The notes under the pieces: generated by a model
The model's input: the letters and a program-made list of their open reading frames with translations, nothing else
Database searches by the model: none
Told to the model about the DNA's origin: nothing
Made by a program: the position numbers and the translations under genes
Part shown: piece by piece, positions 12,390 to 25,329 of the stretch
Position numbering within the stretch: position 1 is the first letter of the stretch
Layout: each line of letters begins with the position of its first letter
Source of the DNA: Moniliella sp. 'wahieum'
Taxonomy: Eukaryota
Assembly (NCBI GenBank): GCA_003971905.1
Contig: RSEE01000002.1
Location: 558,001 to 622,000, forward strand
Direction: 5' to 3'
DNA length: 64,000 nucleotides

Positions 12390-14243
12390 ATGGCCGAGAA
12401 GGACGAGCTGCCTGTTCCTCCTGGTGTGCGCCCCCCCTCCTCAGCCGCACCAAGCGCGTGTGGCCTCTACTGGCGCTGGGGGGCCTGTTGGTGTACTACA
12501 CCAACTCAATTGTGCCTTCCAGCTTGGTGCCCAACGTGCTACTCCCCAACGCGGCCCCGCCCTCTGCCCAAGTGGACTGGGACTCGTATTGTCCCCAAGT
12601 GCCGGCGTATGAGCACAAGCGCCCTCCTCCGGCTGCTGCGAGCTCCGACGCAAGACGAGCTGGCGCACCTGCTCACGGGTGCCTTGAAAGTAGACAATCG
12701 GTGCAAGATGCGATGCCGCATGTGTCGGATGCGCCCGAGGTGTGGGCCAAGATCTTTGATCCGTTCCTTGCGTATGTGCAATCGGCTTGGCCTGTGTTGC
12801 ATGCCCCTACTTCGCCTGTCACGCTCGAGAAGGTGAATGGACACGGTCTGTTGTACGAGTGGAAAGGGACCGATGAGGAGCTCAAGCCGCTGCTTCTCAT
12901 GGCCCACCAAGACGTGGTACCCGTGTTGGAGGAAACACGGGACTTGTGGGTGCACGACCCCTTTGGTGGGTTCTACAACCGTACCAGTGGTCTGATCTGG
13001 GGCCGCGGGGCACAGGATACCAAAGCCTCCTTGACGGCCATCTTGACTGCAGTGCAGTCGCTGCTGGAGGCTGGGTATCGCCCCAAACGCACCCTTCTTC
13101 TCAGTTTTGGATTCGATGAGGAGCGGGGCGGGTTCGAGGGCGCGGGCCACTTTGCGCCGGTGATTGAAAAGCGATATGGAAAGGATGGGGTGGCGATGGT
13201 GGTGGATGAAGGAGGTGCGTTTGCCGTGCCGGACATTGGCAGTGGGGTAGGGTACAGCATTGCTCCCGCCACAGCGGAAAAGGGCAAGTTGAACATCAAG
13301 GCCACGGTGCAGACGCAAGGCGGGCACTCGTCTGTGCCCCCCCCCACACGGGGATCGGATACGTTAGTCAGCTCGTGGTTGCGCTCGAGGCGAGTCCCGA
13401 ATTGCCCGTGCTCGACACTACGGCGCACAACCCGTCGTGGGGCCGGCTGCTGTGCGACGTGGCGCGGGGCGAAGTACAAGGTGCGCTGCGCGAGGCGCTA
13501 ACCGAGGTTGTCACGTTGGAGCAGGTGACCACTAGTTGTCCCATGCACGCCCGGCATGTTGAAAAAGCCAAGGCGAAAGCGCTGGGGCTCATGTCGGTAG
13601 TGCAGCGTGCAGCGTTCCAAACGACGCAGGCCACCGATCTGATCCATGGAGGGGTCAAGGTCAATGCGCTGCCCGAGGAAGTGGAGGTGATTGTGAATTA
13701 CCGAATTGGGACTTCCTCCTCTGCCAAGGCGCTGCGCGAGCATGTGGCCAACGTTGTTCTTTCTGTGGCCAAGGAGAACGGTCTGAAGCTGGATGCATGG
13801 TCGGAGGCTGGGCTAAGCTACACCCCCCCCGCTCCGGCAACGGGCACCATTGTGCTCCGCGATGCGTTTGAGAGTGCGCTCGAGCCAGCGCCGGTGACGC
13901 CTCTGACGGGACCAAAGTCCAAGCCTTGGCAACTTCTCAGCGGGGTGATCCGTTCGGTGTGGGAGCCATCCCACTCGCCCAATGCCGGAGACAAGGACGC
14001 CAAGCTGTACGTGTCGGGCGGCACGAGTTTGGGCAACACCGACACGCGCTATGTGCATGGAAGTTCCTCGGCCGTCTTCCGCTTAGTCCCCGCTCCCTCC
14101 ACGCCCCGACGGAGGAGGAGCTGGCGATTGAGGGCCGCTGGGGTGCGCATACGGTCAACGAGCACATCCATGCCAGCACCCTGACTGATGCCTGGGCCTT
14201 TTACACACAGCTTATCCGAGCCAGTGATGAGACGGACCTGTAA
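12390..14243 (+). CDS. CPS1: Gly-Xaa carboxypeptidase (peptidase M20A, carboxypeptidase S)
   Basis: N-terminal TM anchor; KPLLLMAHQDVVP, WGRGAQDTK, SFGFDEE, VDEGG, GGHSS, GGVKVNALPE, GNTDTRY and AHTVNEHI motifs. Several frameshifts. Confidence 0.9.
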
Positions 14244-14764
14244 GAGTCATTCTGGGCTGCCCAACATGCGTGCTTGGATCGGAAAATGGATTGCGAGACG
14301 TTTTGCCGCTGCTGCTGCTTCTACAGAGGCGCCTTGGCTGCGCTGAGCAGGATACTCTGGAAAGGAGTCACGCGGCTATATGGGAGTCTTAGGGGCGGGA
14401 GGACTGGACAGGGCTAGGCTGGAGATCGGATGGACACGGAAGGAGGGGTAGATAAGGGAGTAAGAGTGGTTGTGCTGGGTCCTAAGCTCAGGCGCCAATG
14501 TGCCTGGGATGGAGTCGATACGAGGGGAACAGGGAACTACGCATATATAAGAGGGTTGTTATATACCGAAAGCAAGGAGCGAAGGCGCAGCACAACGCCC
14601 ACAGACTGCCCCTGTGCCCGGCGGGCAGGGGCTGTGGACCCGAGGACCAGTGCACCACAAAAGTCGAGTGCCGGCTGATGGGTGGGGGCGGCACAGACCA
14701 GAGCTGTTTGCCACCTGAAAGGGGGCTAGTATACCACCTCCATCTCCACCTCATCTCCACCTCC

Positions 14765-17700
14765 ATGTCCTCAACCCCGCCCCCCCCGACCCCCACCCAC
14801 ACCCCGCCCTTATTGGGGTACCAGGCACGCATCCTTCATCGCACCACCGCCCCAGGCACCCCCAACAGCACCCCCGACCATTTACGTCCCACCAGCTCCC
14901 TGCGACGCATCCACCTCCCCCGCCCTCGTGCGCCCTCTGCTGCCTCTTCTTCCCTTGCGCCCGATACGTCCACACCAAATGACAGCTTAGCCAGCCTGGT
15001 CCGCCATCGCCGGCACGTGAGCCCCCGCCCGTTGACATTGGCACCCCCCAAGGCAGCTACAGTTCCTCTCCCAGCAGCCACAGTCCCGCTCCCTTTACCA
15101 GCACGGCACATCTCCCTTCCATGGCCGACTTTGTTCCTCGCATGCCAGCGACGGGCGCAAAAACTGATCTGATGTTGCATCCCTCTCCCAACATCAGTCC
15201 TAGTAGTTCGCGCCACCATACCACACTATCGCTCGACGGAGTAGGGGATCTATCGCGGTCGTCGGTTTCAGGGCTCAAGTCACTAGGTTCGTACGCGGCT
15301 TTGGAAGACCAAGCACCGTCGGTTGCCCAACTTTCGCTTCCGGGCATCACGGACGACTTGGCGCAAGATGTGACTGGACTTGCAGGGCGGGTACGTCTGG
15401 CCAAGTTGGACGAGACATCAGGGGGCGCGCCGAATCCAAGAATGTCCTATACAGCCTCGCTGCAGTGGATGGACACTCAGCGGCACCTGCTGCAAGCGTA
15501 CGAGTATCTGTGTCACTGTGGTGAGGCGCGCGATTGGATGAGTTCCGTTCTTTCCCACGGCAGTACGTCGGAAGAGGTTGTGCTGCCAGCGATTGTGGAG
15601 ATGGAGGAGCGAATGCGAGATGGGGTGTTGGTAGCCCGTGTGGCGCAAACGTTTGCCCCGCAATGTGTTCCGCGCATCTTTACCCATCCTCGTCTCCAGT
15701 TCAAACATACCGACAATATCAACTACTTTTTGCTGCTGTCCGCAGCGTTGCCTTACCGGACGTGTTCCTGTTTGAACTGACGGATTTGTACGAAAAGAAA
15801 AACTTCCCCAAGGTGATATACTGTCTGCATGCCTTGAGGTACGTCTCGCTAGTCTCCTTTCCCTTTTTCTTTTGCCACATCTCCTCTGTGCGAAAGGCCT
15901 GAAGACTGACCACACAGTACGTCCTACCTCTACCCGCCCACTCACACAGCCACGTTCTCGCGCGCGATGGCACATTCGCCTTCCGTGTGGGCAACCTCTA
16001 TGGTCAACTGGAGTTCACCCAAGCCGAGCTTGAGCAAACCAACAAGAACCTTGAGGGCAAACCCATGCCGAAATTTGGGCGATTGGACCAACAACTCTTG
16101 GCCATGCAACCGGCCCCTCCTCTGTCTCCCCAAGCCAAACAGGATCGAGAACGAGAGGAGGAAGAAGAACAAAGACGAGAACGTGAACGTGAACGAGAAC
16201 GGATCAAAGAAGAACTTCGCCTCGCTGCTCCCGAATACATTATCACCTCGATTGTCCAGTGCCAAAGTATCGCTCGGACGTACTTGGTCCAACGTGACCT
16301 CTTACCGCACCTGCACCACCTGCACACCTGCAGCAAGCCCAACTTGACGCCCGCCTCATACGTACCTGGGCACCCAACGTGCAACGTCAGATCCGGGGCA
16401 GCCTAACCCGTCGTGCGCTCGACCAACAGCGTGACCTCCTGATCAAGGCAACGGGGGAGGTGACTCAAGTGCAAGCGTTGGCACGGGGTGTGCTCGCGCG
16501 GCGAGCGACAGCGGCCTGGCTGCAAGTGCTCGACGCAAGTGCGCGAGAGGGCGGGCTGGTATGGCAGGTACAAGCGGCGGTACGGGGTGGGCGGTGCGTT
16601 CCCATCTCCACGAACTCAAGAAACAGTTGCAAGTGCAAGCCCAAGCCCAAGATGGGGGAGGTAGTACCCCGCTCTTGCAATCTGTGTGCCGGGGTGTGCT
16701 CGTCCGTCGAGCGCAGCGTGGGACATTGGTTCGTCTCCAGCAGAACGAGGATGAAGTGAGGGCGTTGCAAGCACGTCTTCGAGGTGTCTTGGTGCGTCGC
16801 GAAACCCGTGCTAAGCAAGCGGCGCTCCACCAGGTAGAGGTACAAGAGGCGGTAGTGTCGCTGCAGTCGTACGTGCGGGCAGCGCGGGAAACGAAAGGCG
16901 AGGGAGGAACAGTCGGCGGAAATTGCGTTGGTTGATCCCAAGAATGTGAAAGGCATCCAAGCCCAAGTCCGCGGCGTCCTCGTCCGCGCGTCGTACCGGT
17001 GGTGGCAACGGCATCTGCGTGTATCTGAACTGGTTGCTGTCTTTCTCCAAGCCCTGGTGCGCGGGGCGATGGTACGCAAAAAGTGGCGTGAACGACAGCG
17101 ATGTGGTGGAAAGAACATGAACGACGAATTTGTCTTGTTCAAGCACGGTGGCGGGGAAAACATCAAGCACAACTCTATCGAGCGCTCATGCAAGGGACCG
17201 GAGTGACCGTCGAAGTAGTGCAAGCCTTTGCTCATCTCCTTTCCGATTCCAACGGCGATTGGGCCAAGGAAATTGAGGTGGGCCGATTGCGTCGGTTGGT
17301 CATCCGTTCCTCCACTGAACTCACCTCGATGCAACGCGACTTGTCCGATTTGGACCGCAAGATTGCGCTGTTGGTCAAGAATGCGATGGGGCTGGAAGAG
17401 GTGGAGAGACTGAAACATGAACGCGGGCTGTTGGGCATGGTTCCGTCTCTTCTGGCTCGCTCACCCGACGGCACACGCGTACCTCTTCTTCCTTGCGCCT
17501 GGCTGCCTCGGGGGATCCATTTGCCGAACAACAGTATGGCTTGCCCCTGGGTCGTCGTGCGCAAAGCCAACTCGAGTTGTACCAAACCCTCTTTTACCTA
17601 TTGCAGTCCAATCCGGTGTACCTGGCGCGCTTGCATGTCACTCTGTGCCACCGCCCATCCCAACACGGTACGGGCCAAGGCGGGGCCGAGTTGGTGGAAC

Positions 17701-19729
17701 GGATGATCCTTATGCTTTGGGTACGGACAAGACGAGAGAGACGAGGTGCTGCTACTTCGTCTGATGGAGGAGTGTGCGCGGCAAGAGGGTCTGCGCACCT
17801 CGACCAGCGTCCCCGAGTTGATGGGACGAATGGGGACGGCAACCAAGGTCGTGGGAAGCAAGTATCTGGTCACCTCGGTTACCCAGCTCTTGGCACCTGC
17901 CTTTCAATGGGTGCTGGACCATCCTGACGAGGACCTAGATACGGACCCACGACGGATTTGGACGGTAGGTAATTCGCCTGCCTTGCCTCCCCCGCCTCCT
18001 CCTCCTCCGGAGGAGACGATGTGCGGGAACTGCTTCAAGACCGTACGACGCGTACGACGTACATTGAGCATCTGCAGGCGCTGCGTGCGCTTACCGACGA
18101 CTTTGTGCAGGCCATCACGTCGTCGGCTGCCCGTCTGCCCTACGGATTGCGCTACCTTGGTCGCACGTTGCTGCGTACCGCCCAAAGCCAGTTTCCACAA
18201 ACAGAGGAAGCCGACTTGCTGCCTCCCCTGGCCCACGCCCTCTTCCGTCTCATCTTCCACCCCGCCTTGCTCTTTCCGTTTGAACATGGTCTGCTCCCTC
18301 TGGGGCAGAACTTGACCCCAAGCCAAAAATCGGTCGTGGGGAGGTAGTGTAGTGTGCTCCTATCCGACGCGGCGCGGGGCAAAGTGTACGATGGTGCAAA
18401 CGCACGGCACGAGCGGGTGCATGAACCGTTGAATGCGTTCTTGCAGGATGCGAAGGATCGTCTGTCCCGCTGGGCGGGGGAGGTGGTGGCGGTAGCCGAG
18501 CTGGATGCGCGCTTTGCCCTGGTGGATGGGGTCGGGGCAACGGAGCAGCTGACCCGAGCGATCGATGTGGCTCCATCGGACGTGTATGGATTGCACGCCT
18601 TGTTAGCCCGCAACCTCCCGTCGGTCGTGAGTGGGGAACAGGATGCACTGCAAGGGGTGATGGACAAGTTGGGTGCTGCGCCTCCAGTGGTGGGACGGAG
18701 CAAGACTGGTCTGGTCACGTCGGGCAACGAGGAATGACGTTGGAACTGGCTCCCCACGACCTTCCCGACCCGGGGGCGGAAGAACGAGCTTGTGGGTCGA
18801 GACAAAGCGGTTGGTACTGAATGTGGTGCGGGTCCAGTCGGCCGGTCCCACCTTATTTTCCGTCCTGCTGAAAGATGGACGGAGGAAGACGAGGTGCGAT
18901 GGCGCGAGCTCGCCTCAGAGGAGCGCGAGCAAGAAGAAAAGAATGCGATGGCCAGCCGGATTGGACGACGTCCGGTACCTGCCGAACTGCGCGCGCAGCA
19001 ACAGCCCCATGAACTGCCGCTCGAAGACCTGCGCCAAATGAGTTTTGCCGACCTCAAGCTCCACACGCTGCAGCATGTGCAACAGCTCGAGGCGGCCGGC
19101 CGGATCACGCGGGACCATGGGTTCCAAGACTGCTGGACGCGTTGGCGCATGACATTCGGCTCAAACGAGTGCTGCGCACGCAGCGGGCCGCGCAGCTAGG
19201 CACTCTTTCGGCCTCGCTGGTCGACCTAGCTGGGCGGAAAGATCGGGTGGGGCGAGCAGCTGGTTAGCTATACCTCGGTCCTAAACCAGTCTCTCACCGA
19301 GACCCAGCGGCGAGGAGGCAGCCACAAGCGACGCACGGGCCGGAGCCTGCTGGGCGCCTCAAACCCATGGTCGGTACAAGCGAAACATGTACGGAACCTA
19401 GCCAAAGCAGCTGCCGCGCTACGGATCGTTTTTGTACCCGGTCTCGAAGCTGGTCCAGCGCGGCATCCTCGTCTCGTACCAAGGCCACACCGACCCGCAG
19501 GACGCAGTGTTGCGGGGCTGGAGGTGAGCATGTCGTCGGACGGGCAGGGGAGTTTAAGGTGGAGCTGTCGCGCGCGGGGGGGGGCGGCGGCGGTGGGGAG
19601 GATGCGGTGGCGCTGGAGCAGCTGCTGGAGATGCAGCTGAATGGGGAGGAGAGGGGTGGTGGTGGCGGGGACGCTGGAGGCGAATGTGGGTGCGCTGGTG
19701 GATCTGCTCAACCAGAAGTTCCTGCGTGA
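14765..19729 (+). CDS. IQG1: IQGAP family scaffold (CH domain, IQ repeats, RasGAP-like domain, RasGAP_C); intron 15839-15949
   Basis: RHLLQAYEYLCHCGEA..W, LQFKHTDNINYF and FELTDLYEKKNFPKVIYCLHAL|SH mark the CH domain. Many xQAxxRGxxxR IQ motifs follow, then FYLLQSNPVYLARL, LPYGLRYL and a terminal LLNQKF. Many frameshifts. Confidence 0.9.
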
Positions 19730-20191
19730 GTGTGTCTGTCATTTACCGCGTGGCGTAACGAGCAACGATTGAAGATTGATTGAATACGAATTGGACGGCG
19801 AATGATAATGACGCTGGCATTGAAATTGAAACGAGTGGTGGTGGTAGTCGGTAGTGGGTAGTCGGAATCGGCAGCGGTCGTGCTGGATCAGCCGTCGGAA
19901 TCGATGGGCGCCCAGCACCGCCATGCTGAGATCTGCGAGGCTGCGAGGCGCGGGCAGTGGCGCCGTGCCGCTGCGCACCGGCTGCCCGGCCACGCGGCCT
20001 GGCTGCAAGGGGGCTGGCCCGCTGCCAGCCACGCACGGACCAGAACACCCCGCTACTGGCGCCATGCCGCCACGCAACCCTACCGCTGCTGCCCAACGCA
20101 CCAACCGCATGTATCCATGGTTGCTGATAATCCACCAGCCCAGCTGCAACCGGGCCCCCCTCCCCCACCGCTCCCCCCCACCCCAGTCCCC

Positions 20192-22105
20192 ATGCGCAAC
20201 TCCCACCTCGCCAGCCTCGTGGCCTGCGCGCCACCCTCGCCTCGGCCTCCCCGTGCGCACCGACGACGAGCTCAGCTTCGATGCGCTGGGCAAATGGTGT
20301 GGCAGCACGCCGGCGCTGTCGCCGACGCTGCCCGCCACGCCTGGCCCCAGCCCCCAGCCTCGGCCGCCCCGATTTTGCTGCCGCCCAGGCCGGCGCCGCC
20401 AGGCCACGGAAGAGATGGCCGACTGCTCGCCCGCATCGGTGCCCAGATGCAGGCACAGCACAAGAAGCTCACCAGCACCACCCGCAAGAACCTGGCCCAG
20501 ATGGCCTCCCAACCTGACCAGGCCCACAAGGTGGCCTCGGGCTTCCTCGTCGAGGGTAAGACCCAGATTGGCAATGTCGTCTACGACAAGCTGTCCACCC
20601 GCTCTTCGGAGTATGCGCTGCGCATCACTCGGACCAGGCGGGCATCGAGAACTGCCCGCCGAGACCATGGAGGCCGTGACTAAGGCCAAGGGCAGCGGCG
20701 CGTTCTGCGACCCCGACGTCAAGTCTGTCTCGGGGTACCTCGACGTGTCGGAGAGCCGCCACCTCTGGTTCATCTTCTTCGAGTCACGCAACAAGCCCGG
20801 GTCCGACCCGCTCGTGGTACGTCTCTCCTCCTACCTCTTTCCTCCTTCCTCCCTGCTCTCACGAACGCTGGCTAACGCATACGACAGCTCTGGCTCAACG
20901 GTGGTCCTGGCTGCTCGAGCTCGACCGGGTTGCTCTTTGAGCTTGGTCCCTGCCGGATCGCCAACGAGACTGGTGTCGAGCCCAACCCGCACTCGTGGAC
21001 CAATGTGGCCAACATGATCTTCCTCGACCAGCCCGCCACGGGCGTCGGGTACTCGTACAGTGACGAACCAGGTGTGATCAACAACACGCCCGAGGCTGCT
21101 GAGGACGTCTACGCGTTCCTCCAGCTCTTCTTTGCCAAGTTCCCGCACTATGCCACGCTGGACTTTAGCATTGCGGCCGAGTCGTACGGCGGGATTTATG
21201 CGCCGCACTTTAGCAACTACATTTGGAAGAAGAACCAGGAGCTGGAATCGGCCAGCAGCACGTCGGCGCCGCAGCCGTTGCTGATCAACCTGGAGAGTGT
21301 AGTGATTGGCAATGGGCTGACTGCGCCCGCGGTGCAATTCCCTGCGGTGGTTGACTTTGCCTGTGGAGCGGAGAACAAGTACCACGTCTTTGACCCTGAC
21401 AGCCAGACGTGCGTTGACCTGGCCAAGAAGGCGGAACGGTGTGAGTCGCTGATTCAACAGTGCTACAAGTACGATTCGCCATTTTTGTGCACGCCCGCTG
21501 CGCTCGTGTGCTGGTCGGGGCTTTACTCGCCGCTGCAGCAGACGGGATTGAACTTGTACGACGTGCGGCAATCGTGCGACCGGTCGCCCGAGAAGGATGG
21601 GCCGTTGTGCTACAAGCAGATGGAGCACATTGAGACGTTCCTGAACCAGGAGGATGTCAAGGCTTCGCTCGGTGTGCCAAGCTCGGTGGACTTCCAGAGC
21701 TGCAACACGAAGGTCAACGGTGCCTTCCTCTTGCACGGGGACAGCATGCACGATGCGTCGGAGCTGTTGTTGTTGCCGTTGGTGGAGGATGGGATCCGGG
21801 TGCTGATCTATGCCGGTGTGACGGATGCGATGTGTTCGGCGATTGGCAATGAGCGGTGGATGGACGGGTTCCCGTCGGTGCTGCAGCCGCAGTATGCGAG
21901 CAACCCGAAGCAAGATTGGCTCGTGGGCAAGAAGACGGTGGGCACGGTCCGCACCGCCAGCCACTCGCCGTCGAACAGCACGTTTGGCGACCTGGCCTAT
22001 GTCAATGTATTTGACGCTGGCCACATGGTGCCGTTTGATGCGCCCGAGGCGTCGCTGGACCTGTTCAGCAAGTGGCTCAGCAACAAGGCGCTCAAGACAG
22101 CGTAA
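20192..22105 (+). CDS. PRC1: Serine carboxypeptidase S10 (carboxypeptidase Y-like); intron 20817-20887
   Basis: Signal-peptide-like MRNSHLASLVAC; CDPDVKSVSGYLD, FFESRN.P..DP, WLNGGPGCSS, FLDQP, catalytic AESYGG, IGNGLT and AGHMVP. Confidence 0.92.
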
Positions 22106-22455
22106 GCGTGTCCCTCATTGTGCCTGCTCTGTTTCTGTATTGTCCCGAAAGGGAATGCCAGTGTTTGTCTAGTGTTTGCTGTTGGCGGAGAGCCTTACAA
22201 TCAATCCAATCTATGCCATTCGCCCATTTAGAAGGAAGACAAGCGGCGCTCTGCAAGTCCAACTGGGCCAACCCAGCCTCTGCCTTCAGTATTCAGTAGC
22301 TTCAATGTGCAACGTTCCATGTGCAATTTCAACTTTTACAGGGCATGCGCCGATCCGATGGCTGAGTCAGCCGGCGCTGGAAATGTTCACATTGGGCGGG
22401 GCGCGCACAGGCGCCTCCTCCGCCAGAAGAACAGCCTGCCAAGCCCCTCCACACC

Positions 22456-24600
22456 ATGCCTCCTGCCCCGGTTGTCGTCTCAGCGCCCGGCAAGGTTCTT
22501 CTGGCCGGCGGCTACCTCGTCCTCGACCCTGCCTACCCCGGCGTGGTCGTCGCCACCCAGGCCCGCTTCCACACTGTTGTCCGCCCTGCGCCCGCCGATC
22601 AATCTGTCCCGCTCCGCGTCCGCTCGCCGCAGTTTGTCAATGCCAATGGGAGTACACCATTCGCCTCGTCGCCCCTACCGACGCGCAGCCCGCCAAGGTC
22701 GATCTTTTCCAGACCGACCATTCCTTCCACCAGGCAGGCCCCAACCCTTTCGTCGCACTGGCTTTGCTTACCGTCCACCGTCTGGCCCTGGACACCCTGG
22801 GTTCTCTACCTACCAAGCCCGCATCCAGTCCGCCGTCGAGCTCACAATTGTAGGCGACAATGACTTTTACAGTCACCGGGAACCTACTGATGAAGCTACT
22901 GGCTCGTCTGTGCCTGCACCTGCGCCGTCAGCTGCCGATCTGGCCCAGTTACCTCCTTTTGCCCCGCTGGGCGTACCCATCGCGGCTGTGCACAAAACGG
23001 GCTTGGGTTCGTCGGCAGCGATGACCACGTCGGTAGTGGGTGCGCTGCTGGTTCATCTTGGTCTGGTAGGTGACTCGGGCACGTTGACGACATGGGACCG
23101 GGCGTTAGTGCACAACACGGCGCAATTGGCGCATTGCTCGGCCCAAGGTAAGATTGGATCTGGGTTTGACGTGTCGTCAGCTACGTGGGGCAGTCAACTC
23201 TTCCGCCGCTTTAGCCCTTCTGTGTTGGCTCCAGTGTTGTTGGAGAAGAGCGAGGTGCAGCGGGAAGGAATGGCAGATCCTGAACACAGCGCCGAGGGGA
23301 ACAAGTGTCTCCCTGTGGCGCGTTGCGGGATGCCTTGTCGCCTAGCAACCCTGCTTGGATCCCGCCCTCACGAGCGGCGGATAGCGGTAACTCGACTGCC
23401 GTTGAAGGTCTGGCCGAGCTGGGTGTCACTTTACACCAGAGCGTCAGCGTCGCGTCTCCGTCCCCGACCCAGACCCCGACCCAGACCCAGACCCAAGACG
23501 AGTCCAAGACGGAGCAAGTGGCGCACCAACCTGCCTTGCTTCAACTCCCCCCCCGCCTCCGGCTCGTGTTGGCCGATGTAGATGCTGGGTCCAACACGCC
23601 GTCACTTGTATCGCGAGTGCTTGCGTGGCGTGCGGCGCAGCCGGAATGGGCAGATCAAATGTACAAGGTCCTGAATGCGAGCAACCAAGGTTTGGCCGAC
23701 ACGCTCTTGGCGTTGACGTTGGAAGCGCTGAAAGACCAAGGGCAGTACAACCGTGCTCTGGACTTGGTTGCCGCCCAGAAGAGTTCCGAGGTACGTTACG
23801 TTTCGACCTGACGATTCTCTGGCCTGGATTCGTGGGCGGGGCGGATACCTTATATGTGTCCCGCCGCGTCCTGGGCCAAGCCAAACGAAGGAACCAGGAA
23901 CCTGGAACCTGGAACGACCACAATCAACTGAAGTTGAGTACTGACCCTACTTGTGCTACCTTCTCATGGGACGCACTTCTTCGCTCTCTGTCCAACGCAG
24001 ACCACCCCTCGCACCACCTAAGCGGGACGATCGAGCTACTGATCAGTCTGCGCAACGCGCTACGGAGCGTGCGGGCCGGGATGCGCGAGCTGGGCAAGTT
24101 GACTCAAACGCCCATTGAGCCAGACGAGATGGGCAACCTGATCCGGCACACCGTCGAAGCAGCACCTGGCGTGGTGAGGGGCAGTCCCAGGTGCCGGGGG
24201 GTACGATGCATTGTACCTGCTGTACGTTGCGCCGTCGGGATCGTCCGATTCGAACGATGGGACCGATGGAATGGGAACGATGGGAACGATGCGACGGATG
24301 CGACGCGGGATGCGATCCATGCGTTCTGGGCGGGGTGGAAGCAAGCGGATGGGTTGAGTGTGGGGCCATTGTTGACTGACGCTGAGAGTGCCGAGGTGGA
24401 AGACACCGTATTGGCCGAAGCGGATGCCAAGGCGCAAACCAAAGCTCGCACGCCGCTTCATCCCGACTTGCCCAACGCAGCCTTATTCCTCCAATCGGCC
24501 TTGGCCGCAGGCGCGAGTGGCTCAGGGTCAGGTTGGCTCAAGTTGAGCAGGTGCCTGGGCTGGCGAATGTGCTGGCGTGAGCAATGTGCAATGAGCAATG
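22456..24600 (+). CDS. ERG8: Phosphomevalonate kinase; intron from 23791 to ~23966
   Basis: VSAPGKVLLAGGYLVLD, KTGLGSSAA, AHCSAQGKIGSGFDVS, DVDAGSNTPSLV, PIEP and PGAGGYDA GHMP motifs. The 3' end is approximate. Confidence 0.92.
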
Positions 24601-25329
24601 AGCATGAGCAATAGCTACAGCGCTCAAGGATAACTAGCACATAGTCATTGACACAGGCTAGTGCGCCAGAGAGCCTGCTGCACTCAAGGATGAATCATCG
24701 ATGACAGTCGCATTCTCCTCGATGCGGACTATTTCAGGGTGTGGGCAGGCGCTGGGGGGTATTAGCCTCCTCACAGGCTAATTGGGTAGAGGCGAGCCAG
24801 GTGGCCTATTACATTGGGCCTATTACATTCAATGTCGTGAGGTGCCTGCAGTGCCTGTGGATTCATGAAAAAGGGTGTACAAAATCCCTGGCGGAGAACT
24901 GTTCGGCCTGCTACACTGGTTTTTTATCATTGGACGGGGGGGGTGGATGGGAACGGGACTAGTAGTAGTACGGTCACGGTGTGGTTCAACTCGGATCCCC
25001 GTTCAGGCGTCTGCCTGCGTTGGAGCCAGGCTACATAGGCCTACTAGGCTTACTGGGCAGCAGTTCCGTGTGGTTGGTCGTTTGTATCCGCCTTAGGGGG
25101 GGATGAGGAGATGTTGTGGGTAGTATAGTGGAGGAGCCTGCGTAGACTTGGAATGAGACTGATGAGACTCTCTTGTGGGATCGGGGAAGAAAATTACCAG
25201 TGGGCGCGCAACTGGAACTGTGAGAATTCTCTAAATACGCATGAGTACCCAAGCGAGAAGTGGGAGAGTGACTAGTATAGAAGACGGGATGCTGGAAGGT
25301 AGTGAGGCCTGAGGAGAGAAGAGAGCAAC

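Noticed and set aside
19739..22024. Long antisense or alternative-frame ORFs (e.g. 20831..22024 -, 19739..20794 -, also 41684..42976 -)
   Set aside because: These are shadows of GC-rich genes on the opposite strand, with no recognisable domains.
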